38,937 bases of DNA from positions 1 to 38,937 of the forward strand of contig JBAQNF010000096.1 in the NCBI GenBank assembly GCA_049303555.1, given 5' to 3'. Position 1 is the first letter of the stretch. The number at the start of each line of letters is the position of its first letter. Positions 16,408-24,239 of this stretch are shown here, piece by piece. Under the pieces are notes generated by a model, which was given only the letters and a program-made list of their open reading frames with translations, made no database searches and was not told the origin of the DNA. Source of the stretch: Candidatus Moraniibacteriota bacterium. Its GTDB lineage: Bacteria; Patescibacteriota; Minisyncoccia; Moranbacterales; UBA1568. Made by a program: the position numbers and the translations under genes.

Positions 16408-16409
16408 CT

Positions 16410-18602
16410 ATGATTAGGAACTACGAATTGATCGATAAATATATCGACATTATTGACCCGGAAACAATCAACCGGCTTTTGTGGTTCCAATCTAAAATTG
16501 GGTATTATGTTGGACACCTTCCGATTGTGCGACCGGCCATCATTTGGCTCGAAGATTTTTTTACAAAGAGAGGACGAAGGAGTTCGAAGTTTGCTCGTAT
16601 GCTTCACTGGGCAACGGGCAATTCTATATTTTATTTGGACTACGTAGGGGGATCAGACGCGGCTTCTGGAGCAGACTGGGCGAATGCGTGGAAGACGCTA
16701 ACACTCGGGGCTACGGCGGCACGTATAGCGCCGGGTGATGTGATCCGTATTGCAAAGAGTCCGGCTCCGACTTCACTCGGGATGACAGCAGCATGGACCG
16801 ATCTTTCAAGGACAGTCACACTCAATTCTGCTTTGACCGCTGTTATAGAAGACTGCGAAGATGCCTGGGTAGCCTCTGCAAACGTTACTTGTACAACTTC
16901 TGCGACTAATAAAGAAGGGACGAATTCAGCTTCGATTGCTATCGCTGCAGGATTTACTACTGGAAAAGTAGCCTATGAAGCCCTGGCTGGATCGACTGAT
17001 TTTTCAGGGTACCAGCAGGTTTCTTTTTGGATCCGAACTTCAGTAGCAATAGCGGCAGGAGTATTGACACTCGATTTGTGTTCAGATACTATCGGAGCTA
17101 CCTCAGTCAATTCAATCGCTATCCCAGCCATACCTGGAACATCAGTGTGGCAAGTGGTTACGGTAGACACAGGCGCAGCTTTGGGGTCAGCGATTCAATC
17201 TATTTCTATCAATGCTGTATCTGACCCAGGAGCTCCAACGATTCTTATTGACAATATTATTGCTTGCAAGGATTCTTCTGCGGCAGATAGTCTGACGCTC
17301 TCCTCTCTTATTTCAAAAAATTCTGCTGAGCAAGGCGGAGCTGAGGCGTGGCATACAATTCAGAGCATCAGTGGGACCACTGTCATATTAGACGCACATA
17401 CGGGAACGGAAGCTGGTACGGGGAGAGGATATTCAGGAACGACTGAAACGGTAACGACGTATAAAAGAGAAACTATCAAAACTACTCCAACCACAAACTC
17501 CACCGATATAGTTGGAAGTGTTACTGATTCTGGAACTCTTGGAAGCAATATAGAGTACCAAGGCGGGTACGATACGGGAACATCTCTCCAGACTGGTGAA
17601 ACGTTTTTTGATGGACAAAATTCAAATGGGCATGGTATTTCTTTGGTATCAAAGAGCTTTATAACGTTGAACTATCTCAACTTCCATAGATATAGTACTG
17701 GTATAAACTTGAGTGGTTCTCACAATAATACGATACAACACATAAGCAATATTGTTGGCTGTGGTTTCATGGGCATATCTCTCTCATCAAGTTGCAATAA
17801 CTATATAGGAAAAATCTTAAATTGTATCAACTGCGGAACCAACAGTGGAATGCGAATGATTTCCAGGAGTAGCAACAATTATATAGAAGAAATTTCGAAT
17901 ATTAGCGGTAACGGTACCGGATTGAGCTTCTCTGGAAGCGATTTGAATACCATTGTATTGATAGGAAAAGCAAATAACAATGCATCGTATGGCGTTAGCT
18001 TCTTTGATTCAAGTTTGAATAAAATTGGAAGCATTGTAACGGCATCAAATGGTACTGCTGGTATAGATACTAATGCCATCAATTATATTGAAACAGCTGA
18101 TATATCAGAGTCAACAAAAGTAACTGCTCGGGGTGACTTCCAAAACTGTTTAGTTTTTATAAATAAATTCAATGGCACTGGACACCCAAAAATATTCGCT
18201 GATGGAGGGAATATTGTTAGACAGACTTCGACACTTACAAATGGGTCAGGTTTTCAGTGGTTGTTTACAACAGAAACAAACACGAATAGGCAATCTAATT
18301 ATCCGCTTAGACTAACAATCGCTAAGATAGCTGTTACCGCCAACAATCTCGTTACAGTGAAGGCATGGTTTCTTAAAGGTCATGCCACGAATATAGGTGC
18401 GAAATTAGTATGTAGGGGAGGACAGATTGCTGGGGTAGCAACAGATGTTACGGCGACGAAAGCCAATGATACAGCCGAGGAAGAATTGACTATCACGTTC
18501 ACGCCGACCGAAGATGGTGTCGTGGAAATTGAAGCGTGGGCGTATTATGTTGCTGGTCATTCGACTGTCATTGTAGACGCCATGACAATAACGCAGGCAT
18601 AA
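16410..18602 (+). CDS. right-handed beta-helix (pectate-lyase fold) tailspike/depolymerase-like protein
   Basis: FYLDYVGGSDAASGADWANAWKTLTLGATAARIAPGDVIRIAKS is typical of a beta-helix N-cap. There are PbH1-like repeats (NNTIQHISNIVGCGFMGISLSSSCNNYIGKILNCINCGTNSGMRMISRSSNNYIEEISNISGNGTGLSFSGSDLNTI). Confidence 0.6.
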   Translation: MIRNYELIDKYIDIIDPETINRLLWFQSKIGYYVGHLPIVRPAIIWLEDFFTKRGRRSSKFARMLHWATGNSIFYLDYVGGSDAASGADWANAWKTLTLGATAARIAPGDVIRIAKSPAPTSLGMTAAWTDLSRTVTLNSALTAVIEDCEDAWVASANVTCTTSATNKEGTNSASIAIAAGFTTGKVAYEALAGSTDFSGYQQVSFWIRTSVAIAAGVLTLDLCSDTIGATSVNSIAIPAIPGTSVWQVVTVDTGAALGSAIQSISINAVSDPGAPTILIDNIIACKDSSAADSLTLSSLISKNSAEQGGAEAWHTIQSISGTTVILDAHTGTEAGTGRGYSGTTETVTTYKRETIKTTPTTNSTDIVGSVTDSGTLGSNIEYQGGYDTGTSLQTGETFFDGQNSNGHGISLVSKSFITLNYLNFHRYSTGINLSGSHNNTIQHISNIVGCGFMGISLSSSCNNYIGKILNCINCGTNSGMRMISRSSNNYIEEISNISGNGTGLSFSGSDLNTIVLIGKANNNASYGVSFFDSSLNKIGSIVTASNGTAGIDTNAINYIETADISESTKVTARGDFQNCLVFINKFNGTGHPKIFADGGNIVRQTSTLTNGSGFQWLFTTETNTNRQSNYPLRLTIAKIAVTANNLVTVKAWFLKGHATNIGAKLVCRGGQIAGVATDVTATKANDTAEEELTITFTPTEDGVVEIEAWAYYVAGHSTVIVDAMTITQA

Positions 18603-18612
18603 AATATTATGT

Positions 18613-20367
18613 ATGGCATTACCGACACCAGCAGACTTATCAACGATTGACTATGCCTCTAAGGGCCAGCCTTTTGTTGATGTTCCAGCAAAGAGTGGGA
18701 TTGGGTTGGAGTCGATGGATTTTTCTTTCAATGGTCAGCCGTTTGTGACGAACCCAGACGCAACTGGCGGGGGGGTGACCGAGGTATCAATTACAAAGTC
18801 ATTGAAGTATTGTGTTGAGCGAGCACCGTCAGCTCTCACTAAGTCACTGAAATATACTGTCGAGGTAACACCAAGCGCGATCACGAAATCTTTGTCGTAT
18901 GCGGTTGAGAAGGGTATTGCTGTCACGAAATCTCTTCAGTACACGGTTGAGGCAACGCCGTCTGCTGTGACAAAATCATTAAAGTATACGGTTGAAATTA
19001 CACCGAGTGCGCTGACGAAATCCCTTGAATATAATGTTGTTGCGACGCCTTCGGCTGTGACGAAGAGTCTGTCATATGAGGTTGAAAGCCCAGTGGCCGT
19101 CACGAAGTCTCTCAAATATTGTGTGATAGTTGAAGCCGCTGGAAATCCGACAAAAAGTCTTTCATATAATATTCTGATAGCGTCTGCTATCACTAAGGGG
19201 CTGGTCTATCTTGTAGAGTCGACCCATGCAGCTATTACAAAGTCCCTCAAGTATACGGTTTCAAAAACTGCTTCTGCGATAACTAAGGGCTTGATCTATA
19301 GCGTGGTGCTGACGCCTTCTGGAATTACTAAGGCGTTGAAGTATACGGTGAAGCAGGCGCCGGCGCCAAAACAAAAGTCACTCCAATATGCAGTGTTCTT
19401 CCTGACAGATAGCGTTACAAAATCACTTTCTTATGAAGTGAAGAGCGCTCAGGCTGTCACAAAATCCTTGAAGTATACAGTGACGGTTGCTGCTTCTGCT
19501 ATCACAAAAGGCCTTGAATATGTCGTGACTGGCGGGAATATCATCCAGGCAGCTTTGACCTACATGATCAAGCAGGCACCGGCTGCGAAGACTAAGGGTC
19601 TGATTTATATGGTTGTACAGGTGGCCAGTGCTATCCAAAAAGGATTGATTTACAATGTCGAGAGACAGGCGGCTATCACTAAGGGGCTTGTCTATGCTAT
19701 TAAGGGTCAGAGTGCTGTCGCAAAGAGCTTGAAATATACCGTTACGGTACAGGGATCAGCAATCTCAAAAGGCTCTCAATATGCTGTTAGACGCGAAAAT
19801 TCGACCACCAAGGGGCTTTCGTACAGTGTCGAGACATCTGGTGCTATCACTAAGGGGCTGATATATAGGGTTGAAAAACAGGGGGCGCTGACAAAATCTC
19901 TGAAATATGGTGTAAAAGTAACACCTGCGGCAAAAACGAAGGCGCTTCAATATGCTGTTGAGAAGTCTGGAGCTATCACCAAGGGTCTCACATATCTGGT
20001 GGAAGTTCAGGGTGCGATTACAAAGAGTGAGAAATATACGGTTGTCGCTCAAAAATCAAAAACTAAGTCGCTCAAGTATACTGTCACGGTGATTGGAATG
20101 GCGATCACTAAAGCATTGCAATATGTGATGGGACAAGTAGACACGTTCTCTGTTACGAAGGCATTGACCTATCGAGTGAGTGTCGGACAACCGGTCACGA
20201 AATCTATTCGGTATGTAGTCAAGGCTCCTCATGTAGTTACCAAGTCAATGAGGTATGTCATCAGGGTGTACCCGTACAAGAAAAAAGTATCGACTCCCTA
20301 TTCAAAAAAGACCAGTCCGTTCATCAAGAAAAATGCTCCTTACACTAAGATTCCAAGAGTGGTATAA
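18613..20367 (+). CDS. tandem-repeat fibre-like structural protein (about 34 x 13-16 aa)
   Basis: Repeats such as TKSLKYTVEVTPSAI, TKSLSYAVEKGIAV and TKGLIYSVVLTPSGI. The N-terminus carries a duplicated GQPFV motif. Basic C-terminal tail. Confidence 0.7.
   Translation: MALPTPADLSTIDYASKGQPFVDVPAKSGIGLESMDFSFNGQPFVTNPDATGGGVTEVSITKSLKYCVERAPSALTKSLKYTVEVTPSAITKSLSYAVEKGIAVTKSLQYTVEATPSAVTKSLKYTVEITPSALTKSLEYNVVATPSAVTKSLSYEVESPVAVTKSLKYCVIVEAAGNPTKSLSYNILIASAITKGLVYLVESTHAAITKSLKYTVSKTASAITKGLIYSVVLTPSGITKALKYTVKQAPAPKQKSLQYAVFFLTDSVTKSLSYEVKSAQAVTKSLKYTVTVAASAITKGLEYVVTGGNIIQAALTYMIKQAPAAKTKGLIYMVVQVASAIQKGLIYNVERQAAITKGLVYAIKGQSAVAKSLKYTVTVQGSAISKGSQYAVRRENSTTKGLSYSVETSGAITKGLIYRVEKQGALTKSLKYGVKVTPAAKTKALQYAVEKSGAITKGLTYLVEVQGAITKSEKYTVVAQKSKTKSLKYTVTVIGMAITKALQYVMGQVDTFSVTKALTYRVSVGQPVTKSIRYVVKAPHVVTKSMRYVIRVYPYKKKVSTPYSKKTSPFIKKNAPYTKIPRVV
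18793..20268 (+). repeat. in-frame coding tandem repeat array, period about 39-48 nt
   Basis: About 34 diverged copies encoding T-K-[SGA]-L-x-Y-x-V-x-x-x-x-[SA]-A-[IV]. The copies differ at the DNA level. Confidence 0.8.
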
Positions 20368-20388
20368 TTCGATTACTAAAAAACTTCT

Positions 20389-21006
20389 ATGCCGAAGGGA
20401 TATACAACCAGAGCAAAAATAGAGAATTACCTGTTGATTGATATTGACTCGAGTTTTCACGACCAGGTGGATGCGTGGATTGAGGAAGTTGAGGCGTATA
20501 TCGACACGAAAACAGGACGGAACTTTGTAGCTGATCCAGAAGAGAGCGGTGTAGATGCTGGAGCTTCGACCCGTCGTTTTGATGGTGACGGAACGAACAA
20601 GCAAATTATCGATGATTGTGTTGAGGTGACGAGCGTGAAGCTTTCTGATGAGGATGATCCGCTCGAGTTAGAAGATTATGTACTGTACCCAGCAAATGCT
20701 CAGGCACTTTCTCGACCGGTTCCGTACACGCTCATTCGACTTTTGTCCGGAGCGTTTCCATCATATCCACCGCAAGGAATATATGTGAAAGCACGATGGG
20801 GATATTCAGAGCTGGCGCCGAAAGATATTCAGACCGTAGCGACGGTGTTGGTTGCGGGAATAATAAACTACTCTTGGAATGCGGAAGGCGAAGTGAAGAG
20901 TGAATCGATTGGTCGGTATTCTGTGACTTACAAAGACGACGCAGGATGGAAGGATTTTGAGAGAATCGAACCGACGCTTGCTTCGTATATAAAATATTCA
21001 TTCTGA
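20389..21006 (+). CDS. head-tail connector (gp6-like adaptor)
   Basis: The N-terminus TRAKIENYLLIDIDSSFHDQVDAWIEEVEAYIDTKTGRNF is typical of gp6-like head-tail connector proteins. First gene of the connector block. Confidence 0.5.
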   Translation: MPKGYTTRAKIENYLLIDIDSSFHDQVDAWIEEVEAYIDTKTGRNFVADPEESGVDAGASTRRFDGDGTNKQIIDDCVEVTSVKLSDEDDPLELEDYVLYPANAQALSRPVPYTLIRLLSGAFPSYPPQGIYVKARWGYSELAPKDIQTVATVLVAGIINYSWNAEGEVKSESIGRYSVTYKDDAGWKDFERIEPTLASYIKYSF

Positions 21007-21007
21007 T

Positions 21008-21322
21008 ATGGGCATTGAAAGAAACTATACCCAAGTGGCGGAAGTCTACCGACTATCGAACGAGGAATCGGGATATGGTCAGGATTATTCTTTGCACCTT
21101 GCTGATGTAGCTTGTCATTTGCAGCCGCTGGACGATCGTTATTCTGAAGACCTTGAGGGAAGTTTTGGGAAAGATTTTCTGATGATCTGCGGGAATGTGG
21201 ATATTAAAGAAGGAGATCGTGTCACTGTTTCAGCTATCGAATATAGAGTGACGGCCGTTGAAGTGTATATGCTCGGAGGTATACCGCATACGGAGTTGAC
21301 CATCAGAACATTCAATCCATGA
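21008..21322 (+). CDS. head closure / head-tail joining protein
   Basis: 104 aa, position after the adaptor, C-terminal YRVTAVEVYMLGGIPHTELTI pattern. Confidence 0.4.
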   Translation: MGIERNYTQVAEVYRLSNEESGYGQDYSLHLADVACHLQPLDDRYSEDLEGSFGKDFLMICGNVDIKEGDRVTVSAIEYRVTAVEVYMLGGIPHTELTIRTFNP

Positions 21323-21780
21323 GTGATATAAATTTTGAAATCCGAGGGCTGGATAAATTGCGGACCGCCTTGAAAAGAGCGCCAGCATTGGCGATTCAGG
21401 AGTTCGGGAAAGCGATTCAGAAGTCGGCACTGACGATTCAGAGCAATGCAATCAAAGAAGCGCCGGTGAATAAGGCAACGGGCGGCGGAAACCTTCGGCA
21501 GAATATACGTGTGACATCGATGACGAAGACGCGGGCGGTTGTTACTTCCAAGGCGCCGTACTCGATATTTGTGGAAGAGGGAACGAGTCCACACACGATC
21601 GAGGTGAAAAATAAGCGGGTGCTGGCGAACAAGCGGACCGGACAATTCTTCGGAAAGAAGGTCAATCACCCGGGGACCAGAGCGAATCCCTTCATGAGGA
21701 GGGCGGTGGATAAAAGCAAGGGTCTCGTGGAATCGTATTTCATGACTGCGATGAATAAAGTTCTCAAATCTCTGACATAA
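21319..21780 (+). CDS. HK97 gp10-family tail-component (neck) protein
   Basis: IQSNAIKEAPVNKATGGGNLRQNIRV...SKAPYSIFVEEGTSPHTI matches the HK97 gp10 family signature (aPv.tG.Lr.si...YA.yvE.G). Confidence 0.7.
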   Translation: MSDINFEIRGLDKLRTALKRAPALAIQEFGKAIQKSALTIQSNAIKEAPVNKATGGGNLRQNIRVTSMTKTRAVVTSKAPYSIFVEEGTSPHTIEVKNKRVLANKRTGQFFGKKVNHPGTRANPFMRRAVDKSKGLVESYFMTAMNKVLKSLT

Positions 21781-21784
21781 AACT

Positions 21785-22228
21785 ATGGCAACATCAACCA
21801 TCACCGGAGTCATGGCACTCCTCAAAGCGAAAATGGAAGCGCTCCAAATTGGAGGGCTGGATGTTTTTGGGGCAGTCTCGGACTTCGCGAATGGTGACTT
21901 CGAAGGATACCCGGCTTGCATGATCACTGAGATTGGCGGGAAGGGAGAAACGATGGACACTCATCGGAACCAACGGACGCATGAATTTATGATTCGTCTT
22001 TACCAGGAACAAAGCCGGGCCGGAAAGACAAAGGAAGATGCGGCGACCAAAATGCGGTCTGTATGCGATGCAGTTCTGGCGGCTCTTGATACTGACAAAA
22101 CTCTTTCTGGCGAGGTGGATATTGTCCGGGTGGTTGAGTTTGAGACGAGTTTTAAGGTAACGGCTGGGACATTCAATTTCGCTTCGTTCCGGGTACAGGT
22201 AGCTGTCCTTGTGCTAAATCATAATTGA
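21785..22228 (+). CDS. tail completion/terminator-like protein
   Basis: 147 aa. Called on position between the gp10-like gene and the major tail gene; DUF3168-like feel only. Confidence 0.35.
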   Translation: MATSTITGVMALLKAKMEALQIGGLDVFGAVSDFANGDFEGYPACMITEIGGKGETMDTHRNQRTHEFMIRLYQEQSRAGKTKEDAATKMRSVCDAVLAALDTDKTLSGEVDIVRVVEFETSFKVTAGTFNFASFRVQVAVLVLNHN

Positions 22229-22243
22229 CCCTATACTGCAACT

Positions 22244-22429
22244 ATGAAATACAAAAATATCAGTAGAAAAACTCTGTCGATTCCCGGTGTCGGGGTAGTG
22301 GAAGCTGGCAATGAGATCGAGACAGAAAAGGAAATCATAAACGAGAACTTCACGCGTGTCGATATGAAGTCAGACAAAATTTCAAATACCAAATCGGTCG
22401 AAGAGCCGAAGGATAATTCGCAAAAATAA
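22244..22429 (+). CDS. hypothetical protein (61 aa)
   Basis: Compact ORF filling the gap. No motif. Confidence 0.35.
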   Translation: MKYKNISRKTLSIPGVGVVEAGNEIETEKEIINENFTRVDMKSDKISNTKSVEEPKDNSQK

Positions 22430-22435
22430 AAGTGT

Positions 22436-23638
22436 ATGCACTACATTTCAGACCTGGCCTATATGGCCTTTGGAAAGCAGTCCTCGGCGGTCGCGGCTGT
22501 AATCCCAGACGTATTCGTGCCTCTGATGGAAGAGGACATGAAAGTGGATCCGAAGAATGAGCGGGTCAAGCAGATTGTCGGTATCAACTGGTCGTCTAAC
22601 AAAATGCTGCAGGGCTTGCGAGAAGTCGGCGGCAGTTTCACTATCCAGTGTGATCCTGAGAACATCGGACATATTCTCAATATGGTGTTGGTAAAAGACA
22701 CCACGAGCGGAAGTGCACCAGTCGGATATACTCATCCATTCCTTGAGGATGGTGAGCCAGAATTTTATACGATCGATATTGTAAAAGGAAATGCTGTCCA
22801 GCGTTTCGTCGGTTGTCAGATCACGAAGGTCGAGTTCTCCTTTCAAGATAGCCACCTTATCGCAAAATGTGATGTCATCGCACGTCACGCGTTCTCAGTG
22901 GGAACATTGAAGACGGCTCTGACTGGCGCTGGCATGGTAGCCGTTGTCTTTGACGAAGGATATGATCCGGAGCCTGTTCTTGGACTGGTGGCCGGAGATA
23001 TTATTCAGGTGCAGGCTGATGACGGGTCATTCACGGATGTCACTATCGCTACGATTGTCGCAGGGAACAAGAGTGTGACCATGAGTGCGACTGCTGTGAC
23101 GGCTTCGATCGGAGCGCTGATCTCTCTTAAGGCACAGACCCCAAGCTATGCAGCATTGAAGCGTCCATTCAAGTTCGGGCAATGTCTCGTTGGATTCGGT
23201 GCCGATCAGACAGCGGCAGACGCGAATGTCGCCTCCTATGCCTTGGCTACTCCAGTCGATGACTTCAAGCTAACCATCAATCGGAACATTACCCGAAGAC
23301 GGGCGACTGGAAAGAATGACGCGCTGACCCTTATTGGGACAGGAGACGCAGAATTGACAGTCAAGAAGCTCTTCGAAGACGCTGAGCAACAGCAGCAATG
23401 GATGGACATTGCTAAAAAGGCATGTTCGATTCTCTTCACTGGAGACAACATTGCGACCACCTACTACTGCACACTCGCAATCAAGCTCCACAATATCAAG
23501 CCAAGCGATCATGGAAACAAGCTTTCCAAGGGTGAGTACGTCTTCGATGAGACGACCTTTATGGTCGAGTACGATGACACTGATGGTATGGCGATGGAAG
23601 TCACGCTCCTTAATGCGACAGCGGGAACTGAGTACTAA
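22436..23638 (+). CDS. major tail protein (tube), large variant
   Basis: Called from synteny: it immediately precedes the frameshifting chaperone pair and the tape measure gene. 400 aa. Confidence 0.5.
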   Translation: MHYISDLAYMAFGKQSSAVAAVIPDVFVPLMEEDMKVDPKNERVKQIVGINWSSNKMLQGLREVGGSFTIQCDPENIGHILNMVLVKDTTSGSAPVGYTHPFLEDGEPEFYTIDIVKGNAVQRFVGCQITKVEFSFQDSHLIAKCDVIARHAFSVGTLKTALTGAGMVAVVFDEGYDPEPVLGLVAGDIIQVQADDGSFTDVTIATIVAGNKSVTMSATAVTASIGALISLKAQTPSYAALKRPFKFGQCLVGFGADQTAADANVASYALATPVDDFKLTINRNITRRRATGKNDALTLIGTGDAELTVKKLFEDAEQQQQWMDIAKKACSILFTGDNIATTYYCTLAIKLHNIKPSDHGNKLSKGEYVFDETTFMVEYDDTDGMAMEVTLLNATAGTEY

Positions 23639-23660
23639 ATAACCAATAACCAAAAACACC

Positions 23661-24047
23661 ATGAGTCAGGAATACAAGAGGCCGACCAAGATCATTGATT
23701 TGCCAAGCGGCAAAAAAGTGGAAGTGATTGCGTACTTTTCAAAATATGAGACTGAGAAGCTGGCTTCTGCCATGTTCGACAAGCAGAAGATTTCTGGTGA
23801 GAAACTTTCTGGGATCGGCAAGGAGGGTGGGGCGGCTTTCAATGGAATGGAATTCGAACTTGGAGCGTTGACCATGGCCGACGGAATGGCCAGAGAGATG
23901 GCTATAAAAAAGCTCATAGATGTAGATGGGAAGGAGTACGAAGCAACAATCGAAGCTATCCGGGACTTCCTCGATGAAGCCGATGGCGATGTCGTGACTG
24001 CTGCCATCAATGATGCTAATAAAAAAAAACCGAAGGAAGGCAAATAG
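23661..24047 (+). CDS. tail assembly chaperone (G-like, zero-frame product)
   Basis: 128 aa, acidic. Ends right after the slippery A9 run (24021-24029). Located between the major tail gene and the tape measure gene. Confidence 0.7.
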   Translation: MSQEYKRPTKIIDLPSGKKVEVIAYFSKYETEKLASAMFDKQKISGEKLSGIGKEGGAAFNGMEFELGALTMADGMAREMAIKKLIDVDGKEYEATIEAIRDFLDEADGDVVTAAINDANKKKPKEGK

Positions 24048-24235
24048 TCAAAGCCCTGCTCTTTCCGAATACCGGGAATCAGCTCCCGAATGAGTTTACC
24101 AGGTACTATATCTGCCAGAAAATGGGCTGGGACTACTATACGTATCTGTCTCAGCCTTCATTTTTTATAGAAGAAATTATCGACTGTATGTATGCTGAAA
24201 AAACGGCGAAAGAATTAAGAAAAGAAGGGAAATAA
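23661..24235 (+). CDS. tail assembly chaperone GT-like product made by -1 programmed ribosomal frameshift at A AAA AAA (24023-24029)
   Basis: The -1 frame is open from 24029 to TAA 24233-24235 (68 codons, checked codon by codon), has no ATG before 24122, and fills the otherwise empty gap to the tape measure start at 24240. Confidence 0.65.
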
Positions 24236-24239
24236 TGGT

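Noticed and set aside
17064-17092. TTGACA-N17-TACTAT promoter-like match inside the beta-helix gene
   Set aside because: It is intragenic, has only a 4/6 -10 match, has no downstream start or leader motif, and is consistent with a chance occurrence in 39 kb.
18793-20268. Whether the periodic array could be a CRISPR array or a DGR variable region
   Set aside because: The repeats are contiguous with no spacers, diverged, in frame and translate to a coherent periodic protein. No cas genes, reverse transcriptase or template repeat exist in the window.
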